Part shown: positions 19,351 to 31,227 of the stretch, piece by piece
How the letters are laid out: each line of letters opens with the position of its first letter
Numbering within the stretch: position 1 is the first letter of the stretch
Assembly: GCA_051294375.1 (NCBI GenBank)
Contig: CM119271.1
Span: 2,432,677 to 2,496,676, forward strand
Direction: 5' to 3'
Length of the DNA stretch: 64,000 nucleotides
From: Paraspadella gotoi
Lineage: Eukaryota > Animalia > Chaetognatha
Notes under the pieces: model-generated
What the model was told of the DNA's origin: nothing
Database searches by the model: none
The model's input: the letters and a program-made list of their open reading frames with translations, nothing else
Made by a program: the position numbers and the translations under genes

Positions 19351-20101
19351 TATGGAACAAGCGGGTTGCCTGTGATGCCCATTGGATGGGGCATCTCAAT
19401 GTTGGCTTTGGGGGCTTCGCGACCCTCAGTGACTGCCATGGCGCGTTACCCTAGGACGGTCTCGCTTTGCCAACCGCAGAAGGGGAAGTCGTTAAGGGAC
19501 TGTGGATGGAACACTACGCCTGGGATGGTGTGTTCCCCCTCTGAGCCAATGGATTTGGCTGACGGATGGTGGATGCTGAGGCGGAGTGAATATACCGGCC
19601 ACAGATTCCCGCGGGCCAAGACATCCTCAGGTTCCTACAAAAGCTGAGAGGTGTCTGACAAACCTGATTACCATAGTGGGAGAGAGAGAGAAGAGCGCGA
19701 GTTGTGGGGGCATAGCGTCTGTCGTAGCGTACCCAGGGGCATAGGCGTTTGTCGTAGCGTAACCCAAGAGGTCGGCCAGGGCATAGGCGTTTGTCATAGC
19801 GTACCCTGAGAAGGTTGCGTGTTCGATAGTAGGGCTCACGCACTTATGGCAACAGCCGGGTTGCCTGTGAATGCCCATTGGGATGGGGCATCTCACTGTG
19901 GCTTTTGGGGTTCCGACCCTCAGTGACGCCTCCAGTCACTTGGCGCGGTTACCCTAGACGGTCTCGCTTTGGCAACGCAGAGTGGGAAGTCGTTAGGACT
20001 GTGGATGGAACACTACGGCCTGGGATGTGTGTTCCCCCTCTGAGCCAATGGATTTGGCTGACGGATGGTGGTGTGAAGGCGAGTGAATATAACCCGCCAC
20101 A
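19351..20101 (-). mobile_element. TRIM (non-autonomous LTR retroelement), element 1
   Basis: Direct repeats 19351-19603 and 19845-20101 (about 255 bp); 4-bp TSD CTAC (19347-19350 / 20102-20105). On the minus strand the LTR reads TGTGGC...CCATA, followed by a PBS-like tract. No coding capacity; three internal copies of gggcata(g)gcgt(t/c)tgtc(g/a)tagcgta. Confidence 0.9.
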
Positions 20102-20659
20102 CTACGTAAAAATATGGCTTGGGATTAAATAATCGGAAATCAAAATATGAGTTGACATGTCAACATTTCGCAAAAACTAAAGCCTAAGGACCGTAGAGCA
20201 TTTAAATCTTAATGATCTGCTGTAGTCAGTATTGAAGCAGCTTAATATTGAATTATCGAATTTTGACTAAATGGTTTTGAATTTCATGTGCTATAGCGAA
20301 TAAAATATCGAGTAAAAGTAAAACAATATAATAGGAGTTACAAGTTTTTTTTTTCTACCCTAAGTCCTCGTCTAGTCTAATGGTCTAAAAAAAATTATGA
20401 CCCAGTAATCTCTCAAGTTTGTTGTAAACGCAAGAAAAAAATTAAGTAAAGACGCACACAGTCGACGAAAAATATGTAGAAACTAATAATAATAATTTAA
20501 AAAAAAAATATCTGAGCGGAAAATAAAAATTTAGGCGGCCAAAAAAGAGAAGGAATGTTGTTTGGGGAGAGAGAGACAGAAAAGGGGTTTGTTTTTAAGC
20601 CATGGCGATGCTGCGATGCCGAAACGTCGGAATGCCCGCGATGCCGAGTCGACAGCGAA

Positions 20660-21410
20660 TCATTTGTAAGTCGTCGACTTGAGACACTTGTCGCGAATCT
20701 CCGACAATTCAATGTCGGAGCTGTCGGAAGCCTGAAAAGAAGGTTGGTTGGGTTAAAAGGTAAGTTTCTATAATACATGATAGTAACTTTAGTAAGTTAA
20801 TTATTAACTTATTCAATGTTCATGAATTACTCGCCTGAATCTCCAGTACGCCTACAAGCTTTTCCTTTAGCGCGTCCTTCGAAGAAGCGTACAAATCTAG
20901 AGAAAAAATAAATTACAAAAAAAAAAGAAATAAAACATATAAAATTAGATTCTATATTTATCTGTATGCCATATTCCACTATTTCTCTCAACGGTGACAC
21001 ACACACCTTTTTCTTGATGCTCGACGTGTCGGGGCAAAAAAGAACAAAGGCCAGTTTCTGCCGACGTCCGCCTTCGCTGGTCTCGTAGTAGAAATCGTAA
21101 ACGGCGTAACAGCATTCTCCGTCGCGTTCCACTTGCTGCGGAGGGGGCCAAAGGTTGTGGTCAGTCACCCAATCAATCAATCAATCATTCAAAGAAAACA
21201 ACTTGCCGACAAGTGATCGAAAAATTCGGCGTAGTCCTCCTTGGTGGTGACGGCGTCGGAGGCGGCGGTCTGCTTCACCTGGCGGTCGACGACGATGCTC
21301 CCGAGATCCGTGTTCACCTTAAAGGTGATGTACTTGAAGGCGCGCTTCGACTTTAGTTGATCGAAGGCGTGCACGCAGCCGTCGTCCACTGTCACGCCGG
21401 ACTGAGCCAT
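20660..21410 (-). CDS. CFL: ADF/cofilin (actin-depolymerising factor)
   Basis: MAQSGVTVDD...KYITFKV; ECCYAVYDF...KLAFVLFCPDTSSIKKK; LYASSKDALK; EIQASD...stop. Exons 21410-21207, 21135-about 21007, 20896-20835, 20731-20660; introns 1 and 3 use GC donors. Confidence 0.92.
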
Positions 21411-21725
21411 TTTCTTGTCGTTGGTATCACGTGAGAAATCGCAAAAATTTAAAAAAAAAATCCAACGAGAGGGAGAGTCTTTTTTCTTAGAATTCTAAAC
21501 AACGGCAATTGTAAAATCCTAGCAAAATTTAAAAAAAAAAAAAAAAAATCAAGGACTGATGGAGATATGATATGCGAGAAACGCCGATCACAATACTTCA
21601 TCCCGTTTTCATCAATTTCATTCGAGAGAAGCGCCGAGTTTTGCAGAGATGAGGCAAAAAGCGCCGAAACCAAAAATGACAGATCGATCGCGCGTCGAGC
21701 TTCCCAGTTTACGGCGGCCCTCTTC

Positions 21726-23051
21726 TCACGTGACCGTCAAGAGGTCGGGGGGCATGTGGCCGGCGTCGCCCAAGGCCCGCAGCGACACTTTGCCAGAGGG
21801 AGAGATCGAGATCACAGTTATGGAGCCGTTGCGCAAAGATATGCGGAGCCAGGCTTCGGGTGGGAGTTGCAGAGCGCGCATGGCGAAGTAACGGATGACG
21901 TTGGCGTGGCAGACGATCACCTCGTGGGAGTCGCATTCCTGAGATGAATGAACGATTGATTGTCCAAACGAGAAGTTCAAAGTAAAGCGAGTCTCTTCGT
22001 TCTCTGATTCTAACCTGTTCGTAGGAGGCTCTCTTGAAATACTTTCGAAAGGCCGCCTCGATCCTCGGACCGTCTTCGAAAAAAGCCTGCAGCCGCTTGC
22101 CCGTCCGCTGAGGATCCTTCGAATCCCAACTCGATATCGGAGGTTCCGGTGGGTAAGGTGAGCCTTCTCGCAGGAGGGCGTCGCCGGGGCAATCTGAGAA
22201 AAGAATACAAATCAAGATTATTAATTAATGAAAAAGAACCAGAGTAAGGGATGTAAAAATTGTCTTTATCTAATGGATTTCTTTAAATTTTAGTAAATCC
22301 CAGTAAATATTTAATGGGCACTTATTTTTCGGACAATTACAATGTACTTATAGAATCAATTACAAAATGTTATTCTCACCCATCGGCACCTCCTTTAACT
22401 CGCAGGAGATGATTTGAGCGCTCTCCAAAGCCCTCGTCATCGTCGAGACGATGATGCGGTCGTAGGTGACCTTGGCCTGTTCGGAGATTTCCGCCAGGCG
22501 TTTGGCCGTCATTTCCAGCTGTCGACGGCCGAGCTCCGTCAGCGTCCGCTCCGAGTCCTCCTCGTTCTCGATGTGATACTGTCCGTGACGAATGAGAAAG
22601 AGATGGCGCGTGGCCGTGGGAAACTCGCAGAGGCCCAAAAAGGTCGGGTCGCGGAGATCCCAATTATTGTCCCACTTGGGGGATTTGGGGTAGCAGAGGT
22701 TGGAGACCTTGTTGGGAATTTTGGCGGCGGCGTCGACGGCGGAGGCGTCGCCGCTGGAGGCGACGGGCTGCGCGGCGAGGACGGAAGGGAGAGTCGGGAC
22801 GGTGGGAGGGATGGTGGAGAACTGGACTGGGAAATGATTGCGGAGAAACCTGAGGGAGAAAAAGAAATGAAATAAGTGTAAAGAATAATATTTATAAAAA
22901 TAAATGAGCGAAACGAAACTAAAATTTCGAACCTTTGAAGCCGTCGCTCGGACGCGGTATCGATAAGGCCGATCGAGACGGCGAAAAACGACGCGCCGCC
23001 CACGATGCTTTTCAAGGACTTGGCGCGCGGACCGAATCCGGCGCCCTTCAT
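21726..23051 (-). CDS. PGAM5: Mitochondrial Ser/Thr phosphatase PGAM5
   Basis: WDNNWD motif, [35 protein letters not shown]; four exons join in frame. Confidence 0.95.
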
Positions 23052-23438
23052 GGCGATATTTTTTTTTGTTTATAAATAATTATATCACGAAACGATTATA
23101 ACTTTTTTTTTTTGACTGTAAATAAAAAAAGGCCACACGAAAAATATTTCTTACTAGATCCGAAACGAGAAAATACGAAGAAAAGATTTTTGTCCTTTTT
23201 ATTGGTTTATATTTAATGTAAATTTTTTTAAATGGAGAAGTTATTCTTAACGACAGATAATTTACTAATCCAAGGATCGCATCGTAGTGTCATTCAACCG
23301 ATGAGTCTTTTCGCTTACGGTTTCGACGGCAGAAAGATATAAAGCTGGAAATATAATTGTTCGGAGGGAAATGACGGAAGCCAAGACACGAGGATCGAAA
23401 ATAGCGGAACGAAACTAAGGGGGCGTGCCGATCGGGCT

Positions 23439-25911
23439 CTACATGGGCCGTCCGCGGCCGCGACCAGGCAATGGACCCTGAGGCGTCGGTTTGTTAGATG
23501 GCGCTTTAATTGTTTCGTCGATGGAAAGGATCAGCTGGGCCGCCTGAAGATAATAGAGAAATGATTTTGTAATGATAAGTTCAAATGATCAACAATAAAA
23601 TATTCGACAAATTACCTCTGACGCCGCGGTGATTGCGTTGATCTTGACGATCGAAGGCTCCCAGACGAACGCCTCAAAATTGTCGGCGACGTCTTCGGAT
23701 CGAATGTCGACGCCGGCCCATACGTTTCCGTGGGCGTGTCTGCGATTATACGAACAAAAAGAATTAAATTAAAAACAAAAAAAAAAAAAAAAACCAAACA
23801 AATTCCAAATTTTCTAACCTGTGACGAAGTTTGTTCAAAACGTTCGTTGAATCGAAACCCGCGTTATCGCAGAGTTGTCTGAAACGAGAAACAGCGGTGC
23901 GTTATAAATCATCAAACGATAAACACTGCGATTAAATACTTAATAATAACCGAACCCGTCCCGGCCTCTCCGACCTGGGAATGACTTCGAAAGCCCTCGC
24001 CATGGCGGAAATGAGAAGTTGCTCCTTTCCGTAAATCGTCCTCGAGAAGTCTCGGAGATGTTTGGAGACTTCCATCTCGACGGCGCCGCCTCCGGCCACC
24101 ACCGAATCGTTCTTCATGGCGCGACGCACGATCATGATGGCGTCGTGGAGGGAGCGCTGCGTCTCCTCCATGAACTGCTCGGCGCCTCCGCGAAGGATGA
24201 AGGTGCAGGTCTTCGCCTGAAGGGAAGGGGAGAGGTTACAGGTTTTTCTATCCCAAATTCGGAAAAGTCGACAATCGACCCACCTTGGGGCATCCGGTAA
24301 ATAGATTATAGCGCTCGCTGCCGATTTGAACTTCTTCCATCAACTCACAGGTTCCCAACACGGAGGTGTCCATGTCCAGATTTTGCACGGACGACTGGAA
24401 AAGACAAATTAACTTTTTTAATATGATAATAGAACAAAATATACTTAACGTTTTCTTAGATATCCTACAACCTGAATGCTCCCGCCGCACGCCTTCATGG
24501 TGCGCTTAAGATCTTCGTCGACGACGCGTCCGGCGCAGAACATTCCTCGATCGGCGAACCACTGAGTCGCCACGTCGCCGATCGGGAGTTTCGACAGAAC
24601 GACGTTGGTACCGGCCTCGTGCAGCTTCTGCAGCTTCTCGTAGAGGATGTTCCACTCGGCGTCGACGACCAACTGGTACTCGTCGACGTTGTCGACGCGG
24701 ACCTCGGCGTTTTCCTTCTCGCTCTTCAACTCCAGCTCGATGTTGAGGAGGGCGATCTTGGGTTTGACCAGCCGCTTCTTCTGCATCTCGAACCCGGCGT
24801 AGGAAAAGGTTTTCTTGAAGGCCACGCCTTTGATGAGTTGGGATTCCTAGGGCGGGGAAGGAAAACGTTTTCACGATCACATCGATATCCCACACAGTAC
24901 TAACGGTCCACAATGCTCACCTCGAGAGCTCCGCCCGTGACCTTCTTGATGCCAATCATGTTGAGCGGGAGAAGGGTGTCCAGACACATGACGGCGTCGA
25001 CGACCAACTGCGCGAAGAACTGCTTCTGTCCGGAGATCAGTTTGGAGTTGAGAGCCGTCTGTGCGCATTTTTCCAGGAGGCGGCGCATCTCCACTGGGTC
25101 GTCTTGTTTGACCTGAAAATTGGGTAAATTTTGCTCTCGATTCGTCGTGTTTGGATTTAGAGACAAAATAAGATTTTTTAATGGCAACAACGATTGTTTA
25201 TTTTTATTTAGGACAGGTTTCGACTCTTGATCGCGAGTCTTCTTCAGCACTTTAGACCTGAAAATTGAACAATATTTTCTCAAATAAATTTCAGAAAATG
25301 TTAAGTAAACTTGACCGAGAGAACTTACCTTGACTGCGATCTCGTTGATCTTGTCGGTGGACATCGTCGTGCCTTTTCTCATAGCGCGAATGATGACCTG
25401 CGGGTGGACGCCCTCTTCGACGTAGGGTCGCATTTGTGCGAGAAACTCAGACGCCAAAAGGACGACGCTGGTCGTTCCGTCGCCCACCTCCGCGTCCTTT
25501 GAAAGAGGGGGAATCGTTGAGTGCTTGCTACATGATGTATGACAAATCGATGAGACAATCGTCGCCCTTACTTGAGATTTGGCGATGTCGACGAGCGTCT
25601 TGGCGGCCGGGTGAACAATTTCTAACAACTTCATGATCGTCGCGCCGTCGTTAGAGATCGTGGCTTCGCCTTTAGAGTTGACGATCAGTTTGTCCATGCC
25701 GCGCGGGCCTAGGGTCGTCCGGACGGCGTCGGCTATGATCTGCGGGAGAACAATAAATCAAAGAAACAATAAAAGGACGAGTTAAAAGCGACTCTCTCTC
25801 TCTCTCTCTCTCTCTCGTCACCTGACATGATGTGATGTTGCTCAGAAGCTGGGGTTTTCCCTGAGAGGAATCCGTCCCCTCCTTGAGAACGATGATCGTC
25901 GGTTGCTGCAT
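23439..25911 (-). CDS. CCT7: Chaperonin CCT/TRiC subunit eta
   Basis: [43 protein letters not shown]-terminal GRGRGRPM; multi-exon GT-AG model. Confidence 0.97.
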
Positions 25912-26140
25912 CTTTATATCCCTCCAAAGTTTTTATATCAAGTGCGTCGTTTTTTTTTTTTTAAATACAAGGTTAAAATGGCACTACGCGGCGAAACAGG
26001 ACTTTTTTTTTGGGGGGGGGGTGGGTCGTGTTAAAAAAAGAAAGGGGTAATCAAAAAAAAAAAATTAATTTAGTCGCAATAAAGAGACGACGGGAAAATT
26101 AACAATAAGAATTCCGGGCGAGACACGAACGGGCAAATTT

Positions 26141-27062
26141 TCAAGATGCGTGACTCTCCTTGTTTTTTTTCTTGGCCTTCATGAAGCTCAAATGCTTGGT
26201 CTCTATTTTATCGTCATCGCTGTCCGAATTGCTGCTGTCCGTGTATTCGCCGATCCCGGGCAAGACTCCGATGACCCTCGCCACGCCGTTTCCTACACGG
26301 TCTTTGGTCTCCCGCGGCGCCACCGGCGCGTCGTTGGCGCCGCCGCCGCCCGATCCTTTGTCGCCCTTGTCGTCGCCGCCGCCGCCGTCATCGTCGGCAC
26401 CGCCGGACGACGATGGACGCTTCCGTTTGACGACGCCGGCGAGGAGGGCGCTTTGCGTGGTGCGTTTAGAGGCGCCGACTTGAGAAGATTTTGACGAAGA
26501 CGATTTGTCGGACTGACCTCCAGAGGGCGCGCTGACAGCGTCGGAAGGTTCGGACACAGGCGGCAACTTTCCGCGAGCTTCCTGCACTTCGGCCAAGAGT
26601 TTCTTTTCTTCCAAATCCCGTTGACGGTCGTGCTGTAGAGGGAGATCGATTTTAGCGACCAAGTTACTGCAAAAAGATAAGAGACGCTAAAAAATTCCAA
26701 CTCCCCCCCCCACCTCCATCTGTTTGTTGGCGACGAAGTCAAGAAAGTCCGTCTCGTCCTTTTTCAATCCCTGCACCATGTTGCGCAACTTATGCTCCTC
26801 TTCTTTCTCCGCCTCCTTTTTCATCTTCTGCTCTTGCAGACGATCGTAGAGGGTGCGGTTATCGACGGGATCCTCCGGGGCCTCCACGGGATCTTCCGCA
26901 TTACGAACCTTTTTATTCGGATAATGCGGTTTCAAATTATTATATTATTAAGACTATTGTTATTAAAAATGAGTCGATAGTCCTCACCTTTTCCCATTCC
27001 TCTTGCCGCTTCTTTCTCTTTTCGTCCAACGTGTTCTCCGAGACAAAGTTTATGCTCGACAT
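26141..27062 (-). CDS. PSME3IP1: PSME3-interacting protein / NIP30 (FAM192A)
   Basis: FVSENTLDEKRKKRQEEWEKVR, RTLYDRLQEQK, LLAGVVKRK, IGVLPGIGEYTDSS; three exons. Confidence 0.92.
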
Positions 27063-27220
27063 TGTCGTTCTCTCGGTGCAAGACTAAACCAGAGGAAGTA
27101 AATACTATATATTTAACGTTTGAAAAAATATCACGGGAAAATGTAACATGTAAAAACGGTTTTCGGCAGTGCATTCTATTTTTAAACGAATTGTGGCAAA
27201 TAATTTGCCACAAAATGTTA

Positions 27221-27396
27221 GAAAAAGATTTGAATTTTGTTCAACAACGAATTAATTTCAAAATAAAAGAGACAAGTTTCGGCTTGTAATTTTCAAGCAA
27301 TCAGCGTTAACATTTTTTTTGTTCACGTCGAAAGCCGAAACATGTCTGTTTTATTTTGAAATAAATTCGTTGTTGAACAAAATTCAAATCTTTTTC
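27221..27396. repeat. 65-bp inverted repeat (3 mismatches), MITE-like hairpin in the UMPS-PSME3IP1 spacer
   Basis: 27221-27285 is the reverse complement of 27332-27396. Confidence 0.85.
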
Positions 27397-27547
27397 GCTA
27401 AATCAATACACAACGAAACGAAAAGATTATTACACAATGTCAAACAAATTTTAGAAAAATATTACCGAGAACAAGTAAGCTAATTCTTTGTCACACAATC
27501 CTAATTCGAGCCAAGAAAACACGTTTTTCTTTTTTCTTTGTCAAAGT

Positions 27548-29053
27548 CTATTCACCATTTTTATCCCCTAACGACTCCGCGACCCTCTCCAAATACGACT
27601 CCCATGCCACCCTTTTATACTCGGCGGCCGCCTTCGCTGCATCCTTAGCCCCCGTCACCCCGCGACCGACAATGATCACGTCGCAGCCTCTGGCCACCGC
27701 ATTCTGGGGCGTGTCGTACCGCTGCCCGAGATCGTCTCCACCGCCGCCCATCTTAATACCCGGCGTCATAATGATAAGGTCCGACGAATCCTTGTCTGGT
27801 CGACGCTGAGCGATGAGACCGAAGACAAACGGTCGACCCTTGTCGGCCAAGTTCGCCGCCGCCTCGGCATAATCGGGCGTAGCCAGATTCCCTTCAGAAC
27901 TCATCTCCGCGACGAGGAGGCAACCACGGCGTTTTCCCGACTCCTCAGCAGCCTCCTTTAGGGCAGAGACGATATCGGGGCCGGGTAGAGGATGAGCGTC
28001 GACGATGTCGGCCCATTCGATGATCCTGAAGGGACCCTCGGTATATTGGGCTTTGACGGTGTTGCCGATGTCGCCGAACTTGCGGTCCTCGAAGAGAAAA
28101 AATTCGTAGTCGTCGGCCAGGCGCCGAAGGGCGGGGATGAAGGCGTCGGCGGGATCGGCCACAACGTCTGCGTGGGTCTTGACAATACAGACGTAGGGTC
28201 CGACGGCGGCGGCAATCTCCAGCAGCCTTTTCGAATCAGCGACGTCGATGGCGACGCAGAGATTTGTCTTCTTGCGAATCATGAGGGCGAAGAGGTCTTT
28301 GGAGAGACATTCTGGGTCGCTTGTGCGCATACGCTCCTTGAAAGACTTGCTCGCCACGTTAAGGGACGAAAGAGGCGGCTTCGATGGGCTGTTTATTTGA
28401 CAGGATGACACGAACTGCGAGACTCTCTCCACAGTTAGCTCGTCGATGAGGTTCTTCTTTTGCAAAGTCGCCATGATCGTTGAAGTCGTTAATAGGGCGT
28501 GCAGTGTCACGCCCTCCTCCATTAGCTTCTTCCGGCCGCCCTGTTCTCGATCCAAAATCGCCACGGCGTGCGTGACGCGCAAGCCGTGATTTCGGAGCAG
28601 AACAACCGTTTCCAATACACTGGAACCGCTCGTCACTACATCTTCCAAGACCAGGCAGACTTCTCCATCCTTCCACTTTCCCTCGAGCATCTTCTTAGTC
28701 CCGTAGGTCTTGGCCTCCTTTCGCCGGATTATCATCGGCAGTCCGTGCCGCGAAGAGACGCAGGTGGCGATGGGCAAGGCGGTGTAGGGAACTCCGCAGA
28801 CTTGCGTCACAACGTTAGTCAAGGACGAATCTCCAGTACCAGCTTTGTCGTCATCGCTAGAGGCGAAAACGACGCCTTTCGCGACAGCAAGACGGTAAAG
28901 ATGTTCGGAGAGAGCATCGAGGATCTTGGGCGCGGAGACGATGACGCGGAGATCGAAGTAGACGGGAGATTCGACGCCGCTCTTGAGAGTGAACTCTCCG
29001 AACTTGACGGCGTCGAGTTCGTAGAGGGCGGCGATTAGAGAATCAAGATCCAT
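27548..29053 (-). CDS. UMPS: Bifunctional UMP synthase (OPRTase + OMP decarboxylase), intronless
   Basis: FGEFTLKSG, PRPP motif VLEDVVTSGSS, ODC motif FEDRKFGDIGNT, GDDLGQRY, IIVGRG; single 501-aa ORF. Confidence 0.97.
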   Translation of the reverse strand: MDLDSLIAALYELDAVKFGEFTLKSGVESPVYFDLRVIVSAPKILDALSEHLYRLAVAKGVVFASSDDDKAGTGDSSLTNVVTQVCGVPYTALPIATCVSSRHGLPMIIRRKEAKTYGTKKMLEGKWKDGEVCLVLEDVVTSGSSVLETVVLLRNHGLRVTHAVAILDREQGGRKKLMEEGVTLHALLTTSTIMATLQKKNLIDELTVERVSQFVSSCQINSPSKPPLSSLNVASKSFKERMRTSDPECLSKDLFALMIRKKTNLCVAIDVADSKRLLEIAAAVGPYVCIVKTHADVVADPADAFIPALRRLADDYEFFLFEDRKFGDIGNTVKAQYTEGPFRIIEWADIVDAHPLPGPDIVSALKEAAEESGKRRGCLLVAEMSSEGNLATPDYAEAAANLADKGRPFVFGLIAQRRPDKDSSDLIIMTPGIKMGGGGDDLGQRYDTPQNAVARGCDVIIVGRGVTGAKDAAKAAAEYKRVAWESYLERVAESLGDKNGE

Positions 29054-29565
29054 GGTTCAGTTAATATGGGCAGAGGCTGAGGAAAAACTTTTTTTTTTAA
29101 ATAGGAAACAAAAATACAACCGCATGAAACGTTTGCGCTTTGGTTGACAACAAATTAATGTTGCTACAGTTTGTTTTGTCGAGTTTAACATAGAAATCAA
29201 TGTCACTATTTTTGAGAAAGTTATCGTCCCAAGGCTTTTTTTTCCGCCGTTGCGAGAGGCAAAGTTTACCATTGACTTCATTCATTCTGAGTTAAAATAA
29301 ATAATCATTAATCAAGTAATATGTATACAAGACTACAAGTACTAAATTTAATAATTCATACAATTAAAAATCGTAATCATCTGTAACGTATAATAAATTC
29401 GTAAGGCCGAAAAGTCAGGCAATCACAGAAATCAAAAGTAAACGTCCGCAAAATTTATTGTTTCTCTTTTCCTAAGCTGAATTATTTTAAAATCAACAAT
29501 TTCTCTATCCTCTCCCCCCCTTAATTCCAAATAGATCTCAGTCAAATTCTCTCCGTCCGTATCCT

Positions 29566-31227
29566 TCACTCGTTACGACCGTTCTCGTTTTCGACGATCT
29601 CTTCGCTCTCGAAAGTGGCTTCGGGATCTTCGTCGATGACGAGCACCAAGTTGTCGTCGTCTTCTTCCTCGAGGAGAAGATGATTGGGAATTCCTCGATG
29701 AAAGATGGAATCTCCGCCGCCGACTTCGGTCGAGAGGATTTTGGCTTTCGTCCCCACCGAGTTCTTCTCGCCCCCTTCGACCGCCCCGCGCCTCTCGGCG
29801 ATGGCTATTTCCGCCTTCTCCCAAAAAGCTCTTTTCTCCGCCGGCCCCAATCGGCCGAATTCCCCGCGACAAAAGCGCCGCATGTCGGCGGCCGAGAACT
29901 CTGGATGCTCGTTCCGAATCCGGTCCTTGTTCTCTTTGTACCAGAGAGAGTAACTGACTTGAGCCGGGGAGCCTCCGCGGATCTTCTTAGGGGCGGAGCG
30001 CTTCTTCATGAGCCGCACCGGCTCCATGGACTCGCAGACGATCTCTACCGAGGGCTGGCCGAGGACGGCGGGGTCGGAAGACGCCACAGGGATCGGAGAT
30101 GCCGCGGCGGCGGAGGTCGTCACCGGCGGTCGATCGGTAAAGACGACGGAAATCGAGGGACGTTTAGGATCCAAAATCTTTTCTTCGTTATCAACGACTT
30201 CCTCTTCGACGACGACGTTGGGGACGTCGACGATTTCGGCGGCATCGGTCGCGTCTCCGTCGTCCTTCATGAAATCGTCGGAGAGATTTCGGGAGGCAAC
30301 GGCCCGACTCGACTCTCCTCCCGCCAAGTGCAATCGGTAGCGTTCTCTATCTCGCTCCGCCAGACCTTCATACTTTTTCCTCTCCTCCTCGCTGACAACC
30401 TTCCATTGCTGCGACAGGTTCTTAAAGGTCTCCCGCCAGGACGTCATGTCCTTCTTACCCCCGATTTCGCTGGAGGACTTGCGCATCGCTTCCGCCATAA
30501 AAAACTGATAAGCGCTGCGAGGCTTGGCGATCTTTGACTTTTTACTGCGGCGTCGTTTGGCGGAGGGCGGAGACTGCGGCGGGAGCAGCGGCGGGGATGG
30601 CGCTGCGTCCTCGTCTTCAGCGAATTCGGAGGAAGAATCATTAGCGAGAGGATTGTCGCCCGCTTCGTCGATGTCCTCGAGAGTTTCGTCGGCGGACGAG
30701 GCTGCTCGGCGCCGAAACTCGGCCATCTCCGCCTCGTAACGAACCTTGGCGGCCTCTCGACTCATCTCGAAAGGACGCTTCTCCTCCTCGGACATTCCGC
30801 GCCACTCGGCAGCCAAGTGAGACACCACGTTCTGGTAAGACATGCCCGACGATTCGTCAAACTTATGCCGCTCCTGACGAACGAAGTGCATGAAGGCGGG
30901 ATGGGGCGCGACTGGCTGTCCGGGGAGTCGGGCCGGCTTCTTACGTTTGCCACGCGTCCTGGCTCCTCCTCTTCCTGCCCCTTTGGCGCGAAGCGTCTGC
31001 CGAATCTGAAAGTTGTACCTCGATTTGTCGACGGCCTCTAACTCGACGAACTGCGCTTTGTCCTCGGCTGTCATTGTGGACCAGCGCCGGACGCAATCCG
31101 CCCGTAGCGCTTCGTCGTCGGGACAGGGGTTCTCGGGGGTCTGATTCTCGATGAGGTTCTTCTTGGTGAGATGGAGAAACCACTCGAAAGACGTCATGGA
31201 AACGCGGACGTCGCGAACAAGGGACAT
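29566..31227 (-). CDS. Intronless multi-HMG-box protein (three clear boxes plus a probable fourth)
   Basis: HMG-box signatures: RWSTMTAEDKAQF...DKSRY; PAFMHF...EWRGMSEEEKRPF; KPRSAYQFF...QWKVVSEEERKKYEGLAERDRERY; YSLWYKENK...EHPEFS...EKRAF. Acidic tail. Confidence 0.82.
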   Translation of the reverse strand: MSLVRDVRVSMTSFEWFLHLTKKNLIENQTPENPCPDDEALRADCVRRWSTMTAEDKAQFVELEAVDKSRYNFQIRQTLRAKGAGRGGARTRGKRKKPARLPGQPVAPHPAFMHFVRQERHKFDESSGMSYQNVVSHLAAEWRGMSEEEKRPFEMSREAAKVRYEAEMAEFRRRAASSADETLEDIDEAGDNPLANDSSSEFAEDEDAAPSPPLLPPQSPPSAKRRRSKKSKIAKPRSAYQFFMAEAMRKSSSEIGGKKDMTSWRETFKNLSQQWKVVSEEERKKYEGLAERDRERYRLHLAGGESSRAVASRNLSDDFMKDDGDATDAAEIVDVPNVVVEEEVVDNEEKILDPKRPSISVVFTDRPPVTTSAAAASPIPVASSDPAVLGQPSVEIVCESMEPVRLMKKRSAPKKIRGGSPAQVSYSLWYKENKDRIRNEHPEFSAADMRRFCRGEFGRLGPAEKRAFWEKAEIAIAERRGAVEGGEKNSVGTKAKILSTEVGGGDSIFHRGIPNHLLLEEEDDDNLVLVIDEDPEATFESEEIVENENGRNE

